Part shown: positions 41,626 through 51,673 of the stretch, in pieces | How the letters are laid out: each line of letters opens with the position of its first letter | How positions within the stretch are numbered: position 1 is the first letter of the stretch | Translations under genes and position numbers: made by a program | The notes under the pieces: generated by a model | Database searches by the model: none | Told to the model about the DNA's origin: nothing | The model's input: the letters and a program-made list of their open reading frames with translations, nothing else | NCBI GenBank assembly: GCA_963815115.1 | Contig: CAWFFN010000009.1 | Coordinates: forward strand, 704,001-768,000 | Origin: an uncultured delta proteobacterium | GTDB lineage: Bacteria > Desulfobacterota > Binatia > DP-6 | Length of the DNA: 64,000 nucleotides | Reading direction: 5' to 3'

Positions 41626-43184
41626 TGCTGCATGGCCTGGGAGGGACCAAGACGGACTTCGAGTCCCTCACGCCCGCCGGCACCAGCAACGCCACCTTCC
41701 ACTACAACAACGTCTTCTTCGCGCAGCGCGGCTACGCGGTGGTGAACTACAGCGCCCGGGGATGGGGCAACTCGTGCGGGGTGCCGGCATCGCGCACGCC
41801 CGCGTGCGTGCACGGCTGGATCCATCTCGCCGACCAGCGCTGGGAAGCGCGCGACGCGCAGGAGCTTCTCGGGCTCATGGTCGACGCCGGCCTCGCCGAT
41901 CCCGACGGCCTGGGCGCCACCGGCGTATCCTACGGCGGCGGGCAGAGCCTCGAGCTCGCCGGGCTGCGGGACCGGATCCGCGGCGGCGACGGGAAGCTCG
42001 CGCCCTGGCGCAGCCCGGGCGGTCGCCGGCTGCGCATCGCCGCCGCCTGGCCGCGCTGGCCATGGGTCGATCTCGCCGCCGCGCTGTTGCCGAACGGACG
42101 CTTCCGCGACGACCGGGCGCGCAGCGTCCTGTCGACCGGCAAGCCGATCGGGGTCGACAAGCTGAGCTATGCCGAGATCCTGCTGGCGATCGCCCAGAAC
42201 TCGGCGTTTCTCACGATGCCGAACGAGGATCCGACGTGCGACCTCAGCACCTGGGCCGCCGCGCTCGAGGTGGGCGAGCCCTATGCGGTCAAGGTGCGGG
42301 CCGTCGAGGACGAGCTGCACGCCTTTCACGGCGCCGTCGGCCTGGTGCGCCGGCGCCGCCCGGCGCCCCTGCTCCTGATGTCCGGTTTCACGGACGACCT
42401 CTTTCCCGCCTCGCAGGCGCTGCGCGTTCACCTCGCGCTGCGCCACGAGCGGCAGGCGGTGCTCCAGCTCGGCGACCTCGGCCACCCCAGAGCGCAGAAC
42501 AAGCTCGACGAGTACGCCCTGTACAACGAGCAGGGCGCGCGGTTCTTCGACTCGTATCTGCGCAAGATCGGCACGCCGCCCGCACCGGGCTCGGTGACGG
42601 TGTTCACGCAGACCTGCCCCGCGACCGCGCCCGCAGGCGGGCCGTTCACGGCGGCCGCGTGGGAGGATCTCGCCACGGGGACGTTCCGCCTCGGCGATGC
42701 GGCGCCGCAGACGGTGACGTCGGATGGTGGCGACCCGGCGGTCGCGATGGCCACCGACCCGATCCTCGGCTTCGGCGCCTGCGCCATGGTGCCGGCGCGC
42801 GATGCGCCCGGCACGGCGGTCTACACCGCAGCCAGCCCCGGCTTCACGCTGATCGGCCAGCCCACCCTGACGGCGCACGTGCGCACGAAAGGGCCTTTCG
42901 GGCAGATCGTCGGACGCCTGTGGGACGTCCGACCCGATGGACAGCAGACCCTGATCGCGCGCGGTGTCTATCGCCTGCGCCCGCACCAGAAGGGCCGTAT
43001 CCTGTTCCAGCTCGAGGGCAACGCCTACGAGTTCGCGGCCGGCCATACCGTCCGCCTCGAGCTGGTGGGCAGCAGCCCGCCGACCTTCCGGCCGAGCAAC
43101 GGCACGTTCTCGGTGACCGTCGAGGAGGCGGAGGTCGCGCTGCCGACGCTCGGGGGAAGCCCGTCGGGGGCGTTCCTCGAGTGA
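41472..43184 (+). CDS. CocE/NonD (peptidase S15-like) alpha/beta hydrolase
   Basis: RDGVPLDVDV, MLHG.GG, GYAVVNYSARGWG, nucleophile GVSYGGG and a C-terminal jelly-roll (GHTVRLEL). It ends in SPSGAFLE. Confidence 0.85.
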   Translation: MPLGHACVAQSGVRFCPTTSLAQRVPMRDGVPLDVDVTLPATGDGPFPAIVMLHGLGGTKTDFESLTPAGTSNATFHYNNVFFAQRGYAVVNYSARGWGNSCGVPASRTPACVHGWIHLADQRWEARDAQELLGLMVDAGLADPDGLGATGVSYGGGQSLELAGLRDRIRGGDGKLAPWRSPGGRRLRIAAAWPRWPWVDLAAALLPNGRFRDDRARSVLSTGKPIGVDKLSYAEILLAIAQNSAFLTMPNEDPTCDLSTWAAALEVGEPYAVKVRAVEDELHAFHGAVGLVRRRRPAPLLLMSGFTDDLFPASQALRVHLALRHERQAVLQLGDLGHPRAQNKLDEYALYNEQGARFFDSYLRKIGTPPAPGSVTVFTQTCPATAPAGGPFTAAAWEDLATGTFRLGDAAPQTVTSDGGDPAVAMATDPILGFGACAMVPARDAPGTAVYTAASPGFTLIGQPTLTAHVRTKGPFGQIVGRLWDVRPDGQQTLIARGVYRLRPHQKGRILFQLEGNAYEFAAGHTVRLELVGSSPPTFRPSNGTFSVTVEEAEVALPTLGGSPSGAFLE

Positions 43185-43222
43185 GCTTGAGGTCCGCGAG
43201 GCACGTGACCTAGAATGTCCGC

Positions 43223-44014
43223 GTGCTTCCGCAGCGCGTCGACACCGGCCCCTACGAGACGACCCAGCCTCTCGTGCGGCGGGACCTCGTGCGTGCCACG
43301 GCCGTGGAGGCGATCCCGCGATGGTACAGCCCGTGGGGCCATCTCGCCTTTCCGTCGTTCGTCGGGATCGGCCTGATCGCCGTCGCGATCGCATGGCTCG
43401 ACCGGCCGAGCGCCTGGGAGCTCATGGTGGTCCCGCTGGTCCTCGTCCTGGTGAACCTCAACGAGTGGCACGTCCATCGCAACATCCTGCATCGCCGGTC
43501 CTGGCCGCTGGAGATCCTCTTCTGGCGTCACACGCCCGAGCATCACGTGATCTTCGTACGCGACGACATGGCGATGCGCTCGACCCGCGAGTTCCGCCTC
43601 GTGCTGATTCCCTTCTACGGCATCCTCGCCATCTTCCTGACCTCCCTGCCCATCACGGCCGCCCTCTGGTTCCTCGTGTCGCACAACGTCGCGCTGCTCT
43701 GGGTCGCGTGCACGATGGGCTACGTCGTGGCGTACGAGTGGCTGCACCTCTCCTACCATCTGCCGGCGTCGAGCCCGATCGGCCGCAGCGCCCCGATCCG
43801 CGCGCTCCGCCGCCATCACGCCACGCACCACACGCCCGAGCTGATGCAGCGCTGGAACTTCAACGTGACGGTGCCGCTGGCGGACTGGCTGCTCGGCACG
43901 GTGTATCGCGAGGCGCCGCGCCGCACTGCCACCGCAAGCGCCTCCGTTCCTAGGCCGCGTCCGGCGGCGGCTCGCGATCGAGCTGGTAGAGCCGCGCCGC
44001 GTTCTCGCCCGTGA
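43223..44014 (+). CDS. Sterol desaturase / fatty acid hydroxylase family membrane protein
   Basis: His boxes EWHVHRNILH, HxxxHH, YEWLHLSYH and RHHATHH, plus NFNVT.PLADW..GT. Confidence 0.88.
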   Translation: MLPQRVDTGPYETTQPLVRRDLVRATAVEAIPRWYSPWGHLAFPSFVGIGLIAVAIAWLDRPSAWELMVVPLVLVLVNLNEWHVHRNILHRRSWPLEILFWRHTPEHHVIFVRDDMAMRSTREFRLVLIPFYGILAIFLTSLPITAALWFLVSHNVALLWVACTMGYVVAYEWLHLSYHLPASSPIGRSAPIRALRRHHATHHTPELMQRWNFNVTVPLADWLLGTVYREAPRRTATASASVPRPRPAAARDRAGRAAPRSRP

Positions 44015-45122
44015 CGGCGCGACGTGCGTCGGCGGGCAGGTCGGCGGTGAGCGCGTGCAGCTCCTGGAGGTAGTCCCCGCCGTGGTCGCTGTGCGGGAAA
44101 TCGCTCGCCCAGAGAAAGCGGTCCGCGCCCACGTGACGGATGATCGGTGGAAGCGCACGCTCGTCGGGATCGGCGGCGACCCAGCACTGGCGGCGCACGT
44201 AGTCGCTCGGGCGCTCGCGTAGCCCGAGCGTGACGCGGAGCGCGCCGGTGGCGAGCGCGTCCATGCGGTCGAGCCAGAAGCCCAGCCATCCCGCCCCGGA
44301 CTCGAGCACGACCAGCTTCAGGCGGGGGAAGCGATCGAAGGTGGCGAACTGGAAGAAGGTCGAGAAGGCCTGCTGCACCGCCTGCGGGAAGAGGAGCTGC
44401 AGGTACCAGATCTGCTGCGGCACGGCCTCCGGCCAGGTGAGGCCGTCGAAGCGGCGGTGGAGGTCGCGCGAGGGTGGGTCGATGCCCGTATGGAGGGCGA
44501 CGGGGACGTCCAGCTCCTCGGCTGCAGCCCACACCGGGTCGTGGTGCGGGTGTCCATGCGGCAGACCGCTCCAGGTGAACGGCAGCACGAATGCGCCGCG
44601 TGCGCCGGCCCGTACCGCTCGGTGCAGCTCCGCCGCCGCCGCCGCGGGATCGCCCAGGGAGAGGTGGGCCACCGGAACCAGGCGGCCGCGGCTTCCCGAG
44701 CAGAACTCCTCGATCCAGCGGTTGTAGGCGCGCGCGTGCGCCAAGGCATAGGCGGGTTCCGGGGTCTCCGCTTCCCATTGTAGGCCGAGCGTCGGGTAGA
44801 GCACGGCGTGCGAGAGCCCCTCGCGGTCGAGGAGTGCGAGGCGAGCCGCGGGCTCGGTGGCAGCCGGCGGCGCGTTCTCCGCGTAGTGCCCCGAGAGGGC
44901 TGCCGCCGCCAGCTCGTCCAGACTCCGTCCCATGCCCCCGAGCCCACCCAGCATCTCGGACGTGGTGAGCCGGGCGGGTCGCCCGTCGATCTCGAGCACA
45001 TCGCGACCGTCGCGCCCGCGGCGGACGCGGATCGCGCGCGCGCGCCAAGCCGGATCGAGGTAGCGCTCCCACAGCTCCGGCGGCTCGAGCACGTGACCGT
45101 CGGCGTCGACGAGGCCGGCCAT
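43950..45122 (-). CDS. Amidohydrolase_2 family protein
   Basis: VDADGHVLEP, VLYPT, RAYNRW, LESGAGW and WASDFPHSD. Confidence 0.92.
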   Translation of the reverse strand: MAGLVDADGHVLEPPELWERYLDPAWRARAIRVRRGRDGRDVLEIDGRPARLTTSEMLGGLGGMGRSLDELAAAALSGHYAENAPPAATEPAARLALLDREGLSHAVLYPTLGLQWEAETPEPAYALAHARAYNRWIEEFCSGSRGRLVPVAHLSLGDPAAAAAELHRAVRAGARGAFVLPFTWSGLPHGHPHHDPVWAAAEELDVPVALHTGIDPPSRDLHRRFDGLTWPEAVPQQIWYLQLLFPQAVQQAFSTFFQFATFDRFPRLKLVVLESGAGWLGFWLDRMDALATGALRVTLGLRERPSDYVRRQCWVAADPDERALPPIIRHVGADRFLWASDFPHSDHGGDYLQELHALTADLPADARRAVTGENAARLYQLDREPPPDAA

Positions 45123-45205
45123 GCCGTGATGCGATAGCGACACGGCGGGCGCCCGTCAAAGCTGCGCACGTTGCTCGCGGAATCGGCGCCCGGGACGCGC
45201 GGGTC

Positions 45206-46015
45206 TCAGCCGGCCGCGGGAGCGCCCGTCGGTGTCGGCCGCCGCAGGTAGCGAGCGGGCGACTGACCGAACGTGTGCCGGAAGGCCGAGATGAAGGCGC
45301 TCACCGACGCATAGCCGGCGTCGAGCGCGACTGCCGTGACCGAGCCGCCGGCGCCGAGGGCCTGCAGCGCGTGCCTCAGCCGCAGCTGTTGCCGCCAGGT
45401 GCCCAGGGTCATGCCGGTCTCCGCGCGAAAGATCCGTTGCAGCGTGCGCGCGCTGGCGCCGCTCTGGCGGGCGAGCGCGCTCAGGGTGCGGCGATCGCCC
45501 GGCGTGCCCTCGAGTCGCTCGGCGATGCGCCGAGCGCGCGAGTCGCGCGGCCACGGCAGGTGGACGCCGCTCGAGCGCAGCGCGCGGATCTGATCGAGCA
45601 GCACCGCGAGCAGGTGCCGGTGCTCGGGCACCCGCCGGTCGAGGCTCCCGAACTCGAGCGAGCGCAGGATCACCTCGCGCAGGAGCGGCGGCACGTCGAC
45701 GATGCGGAGGTCGCAGGGCAGGTCGCGCGCGACGCGCGGCTCGATGTAGAGGGTGCGCATCGACACGGGTCCCGACATGCGGATCGCGTGCTCGAGACCG
45801 GCCGGCATCCATACCCCGCGGTGCGGGGGGACGATCCACGAGCCCGCCGCGGTCGACAACGTCATCACGCCTCGGACGGCATAGACCAGCTGGTGCCAGT
45901 CGTGGATGTGCTCGGGCACCCGGTGGCCGCTCGGGTAGTCGTGCGACAGGCTTCGCACGCAGCCCGGCCGCGGCTCGGGGGACCATACCAGTGCAGCTTG
46001 TCGCTTCCGCGACAC
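45206..46015 (-). CDS. AraC family transcriptional regulator (cupin + HTH)
   Basis: HxHDWHQLVYA, WMPAGLEH, SARTLQRIF and GYASVSAFISAFR. Confidence 0.93.
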   Translation of the reverse strand: MSRKRQAALVWSPEPRPGCVRSLSHDYPSGHRVPEHIHDWHQLVYAVRGVMTLSTAAGSWIVPPHRGVWMPAGLEHAIRMSGPVSMRTLYIEPRVARDLPCDLRIVDVPPLLREVILRSLEFGSLDRRVPEHRHLLAVLLDQIRALRSSGVHLPWPRDSRARRIAERLEGTPGDRRTLSALARQSGASARTLQRIFRAETGMTLGTWRQQLRLRHALQALGAGGSVTAVALDAGYASVSAFISAFRHTFGQSPARYLRRPTPTGAPAAG

Positions 46016-46080
46016 AACCTGGCACTATGGCGCAAGACGGCCGTCGCGTGAAGCGCTACGGGTCGTCCCGGGAGGACGAC

Positions 46081-46440
46081 ATGACGGCCAACGGCGTTTT
46101 CTACGTGTTCGCGCTCGTATCGGACCTGAAGCGGAGCAAGCGGTTCTACGGCGAGACCCTCGGCTGGAAGCTCGGCACCGACGAAGCCGACGTCGCTGGC
46201 TTCGAGTTTGGTGGCGGTTACCTCGTCATCCATACCGACGATCGGCCGCCTGACGCACGCCACTACCCGGGCGGCATGCACGTCGCCGTGAAGGTCGACG
46301 ACGTCGAGGCCGAGCACGCGCGCCTCGCGAAGTGCGGCGTCGCGGTCGGTGAGCTGCGCGACCAGCCATGGGGCGAGCGCAACTTCTACTTCGACGACCC
46401 GGACGGCTACCTCTGGGCCTACGGACAACCCAGGCGCTGA
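46081..46440 (+). CDS. VOC/glyoxalase family protein
   Basis: GGAGG RBS; VSDL.RS.RFY...LG, VDDVEA and QPWGERNFYFDDPDG. Confidence 0.92.
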   Translation: MTANGVFYVFALVSDLKRSKRFYGETLGWKLGTDEADVAGFEFGGGYLVIHTDDRPPDARHYPGGMHVAVKVDDVEAEHARLAKCGVAVGELRDQPWGERNFYFDDPDGYLWAYGQPRR

Positions 46441-46503
46441 CGCGCGAAAGGGAGGAGGGCCGATGACAGCTTTCACGAAACCCCCCGCGCGGCGAAGACG
46501 GGC

Positions 46504-47268
46504 TCAGGCGGCGATCGCGGCCGACCGACCGCGGTGACGCCGGTACATTTCCAGGACCCAGCCGACGCCGGGACGCGCTGCGACGGATTCACGGACGCGT
46601 GTCATCGGTTCCGGCATTCTGCGCTGCGGTGGATAGGGAAATTCCGGAGGTACAACCAGCGGAGAAAACAGCGCCGCCGCGGTCAGGTCGGCGACGCTGA
46701 AGCGGTCTCCCACGAGATATCCGGAAGGTTGCAGCTCGCTCTCCAGTCGGTCGAGCGCAGCGAACGTCTTCTTTCGGCTGACCTCGACGCTGGCGTCGTC
46801 GATCTGCAAGCGCTTCCGCAGCACGAGGCTCATCATCGGAAAGGCCATGCGCATCGCGACTCGAGTGGCCAGGCCGCTCTCGGAGGAGAAGGCGGAAACG
46901 ACGAAGCCGGGGTCGGACAGCATCAGGTGAAATCCGACCCGCCGGATGTGCGGCCCGAGCTCCTCGTCGAAGAACTCCTCGAGCTCCAGGGCGCGGGCGC
47001 GCTGGACCGGATCACGAGGATAGAGCGGCGGCTCTGGGAAAGTCTCTTCGAGCGCGGCGATGATCCGCGTGGAGTCGTGAATCGTCCTCCCGTTCAACTG
47101 GAGGACCGGCACCGCCGTTTGCCCGGTCATCTTCTTGACCGTCGAGGCGTGGAAACCCGGGACCAGAGGACGGCGGACGTGATGGACGCCCTTGTAGTCG
47201 AGCGCCCAGCGCGCCTTCTCGTTGAAATGGGAAAAGATGAAGTGCCAGAGAACCGGGTGCTGTTCCAC
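46504..47268 (-). CDS. Glutathione S-transferase family protein
   Basis: SHFNEKARWALDYKG, VPVL, DSTRII and YLVGDRFSVADL. AGGAG precedes GTG 47268. Confidence 0.9.
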   Translation of the reverse strand: MEQHPVLWHFIFSHFNEKARWALDYKGVHHVRRPLVPGFHASTVKKMTGQTAVPVLQLNGRTIHDSTRIIAALEETFPEPPLYPRDPVQRARALELEEFFDEELGPHIRRVGFHLMLSDPGFVVSAFSSESGLATRVAMRMAFPMMSLVLRKRLQIDDASVEVSRKKTFAALDRLESELQPSGYLVGDRFSVADLTAAALFSPLVVPPEFPYPPQRRMPEPMTRVRESVAARPGVGWVLEMYRRHRGRSAAIAA

Positions 47269-47328
47269 TGCGAGACTCCTCACGGTTACGGCCGTCGCCG
47301 GCAGATTTGCATGAGGATTGGACGTCAC

Positions 47329-47358
47329 CGTCTACGGGCTGAAGTTGACTATGTCAAC
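47329..47358 (-). promoter_or_regulatory. GST promoter (TTGACA-17-TAGACG) with a palindromic operator over the -35
   Basis: GTTGAC-TAT-GTCAAC at 47344-47358 overlaps the minus-strand TTGACA (47352-47357). The -10 is at 47329-47334. Confidence 0.6.
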
Positions 47359-47940
47359 ATCAGAACACGGGAGCAGGCGTGCCGTGCCACCATGGCAGCC
47401 TTCGCCCTGGGGGTGGTCGGAACGGGTGGGCCGCAGCCCTGGCGCCGTACCGGGATGCACGAACCTTTCTGCGTGGGGCCGGCGGGGACGGCGCGGGGTC
47501 TTCTACCAGCGCACTCGCCATAGGCGACCCTGCTCGACGGCTTGTCCTTGTTTCCACCGTCATTTTCCCTTGACTGGAGGCTCGGTCGTATGTGAGGAAA
47601 CTAGCCGTCGATGAAGTGCAACAGGCTAGGGAGGGGCGAGGGTAGCGCGGTCTCTCTGACGAGCGCCATCAGATCGCGCGGTGTACCAGACGCGCGTGTG
47701 GGCTCCCGGTGACTCTCCTGGCCTGCTTCCCCTTGCTCGGGCTGCTGACGTACCCGTCCGCCGCACCGTCGACGAGAAGGCACCCAAAGCCCAGCTGCCC
47801 GAGCCGATCGGGTGCTGGTCACTCTCGCCTTCGATAACACCAGCCATTCCCTCTTGCACATGAGCGAGATCCCCCAGTCGTCCACGGGAATGCCGGGAGA
47901 GCGACATTGGAGTCGGAACGACAAGAGGAGGGGAACCCCC

Positions 47941-48546
47941 ATGGGACGATCGGCTGCTTCTCTTGGATTCTGGGTCGGCATCGTGGCTGCGGCCACCGTC
48001 GCCGGGTGTGGCAGCGTCGAGAAGCAGTTCCTCGACGCGCTCAACGCATCAAGCGAGAAGAAGGTGTGCGTCCAGCCAAGTGAACTCGGGGTCACGGTGT
48101 ACTCGAGCCGGGACGGGAAGGCTTACCTGGCGGCGGAAGATCCGCCCTTCGGCGGACCACCGCCAGTCAAGGCTCTCGACGCGCTCCGCGCACGCGGCTA
48201 CGCCCAGAAAGAGCCGTACATGATGCAGGTAAACTACGCGCCGCTTCCTGGGTATGAGATCACGGAGAAGGGGCGACCCATTTTTCCGAGGAACGGGCCC
48301 GTGTGCATCGGCGAAAGGCACGCGACCGAGATCATCGACTATACCGAGTCCCAAGGTGGTGGCCCGGTCCAGGGCTCGCAGGTCAACTTCAAGTACGAGG
48401 TCGAGTTCAACGATCTGATCAAGGACTTGGGGCTAGCGGAGGAATTGAGCAAGCACTTGACCCTCCTGCGCAACACCGAGGGCAAGGGCCAAGCCATGTT
48501 CGTCAAGACCAACAAGGGTTGGCGCCTGGAATCGGCGATGTGGTGA
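47941..48546 (+). CDS. Hypothetical lipoprotein
   Basis: GAGGAGG upstream; lipobox VAGC; ends in FVKTNKGWRL. Confidence 0.75.
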   Translation: MGRSAASLGFWVGIVAAATVAGCGSVEKQFLDALNASSEKKVCVQPSELGVTVYSSRDGKAYLAAEDPPFGGPPPVKALDALRARGYAQKEPYMMQVNYAPLPGYEITEKGRPIFPRNGPVCIGERHATEIIDYTESQGGGPVQGSQVNFKYEVEFNDLIKDLGLAEELSKHLTLLRNTEGKGQAMFVKTNKGWRLESAMW

Positions 48547-48678
48547 GGCTCCCCGGTGACTCCAAGCTAGACCAGACGCGGGCCATTTCCTCGCCATCGT
48601 GCCTGCTCGGCTCGGCTCCGGCGCGGAGGATGAGCCAGCGATGTGGTCGAGATGGCAGGAGTGTAGACCGGAGAGGAC

Positions 48679-49104
48679 GTGATCCGTTTCGTCGGCACAG
48701 CGACCGCCGGTGTCCTGTTCGCCCTCGGTCTTCTGCATGTCTACTGGGCCGGAGGAGGAGGGTGGGGGACCGACGTGACGATTCCGAAGCAGGGCGGCCA
48801 GCCGCTGTTCCGGCCGCGCCCGGCTGGAACCCTGCTCGTTGCGATCCTCCTGCTCTCGGCGGGCCTCGTCGTGTCGGGCCGGGCCGGGCTCTGGGGCATC
48901 GCCTTCCCTCGTTGGCCCTTCGTCGTCGGGACCTGGGCTCTCGCGGCCGTCTTCGTCGGCCGTGCCGTAGGCGACTTCAGGTGGTTTGGCCTCTTCAAGC
49001 GGATGAGAGGAACGGCCTTCGCCCGGTGGGACACGTGGCTCTTCGTCCCGCTCTGTCTGCTTCTCGGTCTCGGATGCCTGGTCGTGGCCCTCGGCGAACA
49101 TTGA
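48679..49104 (+). CDS. DUF3995-like membrane protein
   Basis: LHVYWAGGG.W, RAVGDFRWFGLFK, FARWDT..F.PLC. Confidence 0.8.
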   Translation: MIRFVGTATAGVLFALGLLHVYWAGGGGWGTDVTIPKQGGQPLFRPRPAGTLLVAILLLSAGLVVSGRAGLWGIAFPRWPFVVGTWALAAVFVGRAVGDFRWFGLFKRMRGTAFARWDTWLFVPLCLLLGLGCLVVALGEH

Positions 49105-49129
49105 GACGGGATCCCCGCGCCGACAACAC

Positions 49130-50365
49130 TCAGGCGACCGGCACGGACACTTCCAGCGGCGCCTTCCGACCGCGCACGTGGACCGCGCGGGGCGCCGACA
49201 TGGCGATGCCGTCGCCGAGCTGTTGCCGGGTCGCATCGGAAACGAGGACGTCCACACCCTCCACCTTGGTCAGCTCCTGCAGCCGCGCCGCGACGTTCAC
49301 CGCGTCGCCGACGATGGTGTAGTCGCGGCGCTGCGGCGTCCCGATGTCGCCCAGGACGACCGTGCCGGTGTGGACGCCGATACCGATCCGCAGCGGCGGC
49401 TCGCCGTGTCCTCCCCGTTCCGCGCCGAGCGCCGCGAGGGCCGCGCGCATCGCCACCGCGCACCGCACGGCGCGGGAGGCATGGTCCGGCTGCGGGACCG
49501 GCGCACCGAAGTACGCCATCAACCCGTCGCCCAGATACTTGTCGAGCGTCCCGCCGTGCGCGAAGACCACGTCCACCGTACGTTCGAAGAACACGTTCAG
49601 GAGCGCGACGACGTCGGGCGCGGGCATCGCTTCGGCGAGCGGGGTGAAGTCCCGCAGGTCGCAGAAGAGGATCGTCACCTCGTGCGTCTGGCCGCTCACT
49701 GCAAGCACGGACGACTCCGCGAGTTGCGCGGCGACCTGCGGCGAGAAGTAGCGCTGGAGTCGCTCGCGGCGCCGCTGCTCGTCGGCGACCTGCTTGACCA
49801 GCACAGAGGACCGGCCGCTCGCATAGGCGAGCACGACGCCGATCAGCGCGATCCCCATGACCGTCATGACCATGACCCCCCTGTCCCAGCTTCCGCTGCG
49901 CAGCATGAGGACCACTTCGCAAGCGGCGGCGACTGCCGCCGCGACCGTGAGGCGCCGGCGGTCGAGGGCGAGCGATGCGAGCACCAGTAGGCCAACGTAG
50001 TACAACGCCGCGTGGGCCGAGAGCCTGGACGCGTCCGGATCCAGGCCGGCTGCGCGCAGCGCGTCGATGATCCGTGAGATCAGGAGCAGGAGCATCGGCA
50101 TGTCGACGAGGGCGATCGCCAGGCTGCCGGCCCGGGCGATCCGTTCCGAGCGGATGCCGCCCACGAGGAGCGCCCCCGCCGCGGCGGTCCAGCCGATGAG
50201 GAGGCCGACGGGCGCGCCGATCCAACCCGGCATCGTGAGCGCGAACAGCGTCTCGACCGCGCCCGCCAGCAGCAGCCCGACGAAGCGGAAGGCGTTGATC
50301 CGCCGTGCGTTGCGGAGCCGCTCCGCCTCGAGCGCGGCGTGCACGGCACGGTCGCCGTCGCCCAT
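49130..50365 (-). CDS. Membrane-bound class III adenylate/guanylate cyclase
   Basis: TM N-terminus, [30 protein letters not shown] and [12 protein letters not shown]. Confidence 0.93.
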   Translation of the reverse strand: MGDGDRAVHAALEAERLRNARRINAFRFVGLLLAGAVETLFALTMPGWIGAPVGLLIGWTAAAGALLVGGIRSERIARAGSLAIALVDMPMLLLLISRIIDALRAAGLDPDASRLSAHAALYYVGLLVLASLALDRRRLTVAAAVAAACEVVLMLRSGSWDRGVMVMTVMGIALIGVVLAYASGRSSVLVKQVADEQRRRERLQRYFSPQVAAQLAESSVLAVSGQTHEVTILFCDLRDFTPLAEAMPAPDVVALLNVFFERTVDVVFAHGGTLDKYLGDGLMAYFGAPVPQPDHASRAVRCAVAMRAALAALGAERGGHGEPPLRIGIGVHTGTVVLGDIGTPQRRDYTIVGDAVNVAARLQELTKVEGVDVLVSDATRQQLGDGIAMSAPRAVHVRGRKAPLEVSVPVA

Positions 50366-50441
50366 GCCGGCGTCACTATCCCATCGCCGTCCGGCCCGTC
50401 GAGGACGGCGTTTTCGCGCGCGGCGTCGGCCGGGCGACCCG

Positions 50442-51492
50442 CTAGGCGGGCACGCCCTCGATCACGCTGACGCGGGCAGGCGTGGGGACGATCTTCGTCA
50501 GCCGGAAGCCGGCCGCGTCGAACAGCGCGCGGAACTCCGACTCCGAGCGCTGGCGGCCGCCGGTGCACACCAGCATGTTGACGTCGTTCGCCGCTGCCCC
50601 CCGGCTCTCCAGCGACTGCTCGATCCGCGGCGGATAGACGCCCTCGACGATCAGCAGCTTGCCCGTCGGGCTCATCGCGCGGTGGCAGTTCGCGAGGATC
50701 GTGACGGCCCGGGCATCGTCCCAGTCGTGGATGACGTGCTTCAGCATGTAGGCGTCGGCCCCGCCCGGTACCTGCATGAAGAAATCGCCGGCGACGGCCG
50801 CGCAGCGCTCCGCGAGACCCGCGTCAGAGATCTGCTGCGTCGCGCGTTCCACGGCCGCGGGCCGGTCGAAGACCGTCCCCTGCAGCGCTGGATGCGCTCG
50901 CAGGATGCCGATCAGGAGCGCTCCGTTGCCGCCGCCGACGTCCACCAGGGTGCGCAGCGGCGCGAAGTCGTAGGCAGCCGCCACGGCGACGGCTGCGAGG
51001 CGGGTGAAATCGGCCATGGCCGCGTCGAAGTTCGCGGTCTCCTCGGGATCCCGTAGCAGGTCGTCGAACGGATCGGTGATGCCCCGGCGCCGATACGCGG
51101 GCTCGCCGGTCTGCACGCAGTATTCGAGATCCTTCCAGGAGTCCTGAACCCGGGTCCCGGCGAAGAGCATCACCGACGCGCGCATCGAACCAGGGACGCC
51201 GGCGCGTAGAGGCTCTCCGAGCGGCGTCAGCGCGAACCTTCCGTTCTCCTGCTCGTCGAAGATGCCGACGCTGGCCAGGAGCCGCATGACGCGGTTGAGC
51301 GACGCCGCGTGGGTCGCGGTCGTCCGGGCCAATTCACGCATAGTGACGGGGGCCGTCGGCGAGCAGGTCGGCCAGCCCCAGCTTCGCCGCCACGTGGAGG
51401 GCGCGCGAAACGTAGTGGCCGATCGACATCTGGTAGAGAGCCAGCTGCGGCGGTAGACCTTGAGACTGCGGAGCGCCCTCGTGCGGTGCCAT
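50442..51492 (-). pseudogene. SAM-dependent O-methyltransferase (Methyltransf_2 with dimerisation domain), frameshifted by one extra base near 51335-51352
   Basis: ATG 51492 reads MAPHEG...SRALHVAAKLGLADLLADGPRHYA* (TGA 51334-51336). The next frame continues ELARTT..LNRVMRLLAS...VDVGGGNG...GDFF...KHVIHDWDD. Confidence 0.85.
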
Positions 51493-51673
51493 CGTATCCT
51501 CGCGTTCCCGCCGCCAGCGGCGCGGTGCACCTCACCCCGACCCGGCGCGCACCGCTCAGCGTGGCAAGCGACTTCCATCGGACCGCTAACAGAGTCGTTT
51601 CGCCGACGTCAAGATCGATCCGTGGCGCAGACCCCGCAAGCAGCAAAGGGCCTGGCCGAGCCGGAGCCTCACT

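Noticed and set aside
47360-47940. Possible ncRNA or small ORFs in the long intergenic region
   Set aside because: Only weak hairpins (CTAGCC...GGCTAG) and unconvincing ORFs are present; I recognise no RNA family.
50442-51578. 378-aa ORF as an intact methyltransferase, or TGA 51334-51336 as selenocysteine/readthrough
   Set aside because: The true N-terminus is in another frame from ATG 51492. Continuation needs a frame change, not readthrough.
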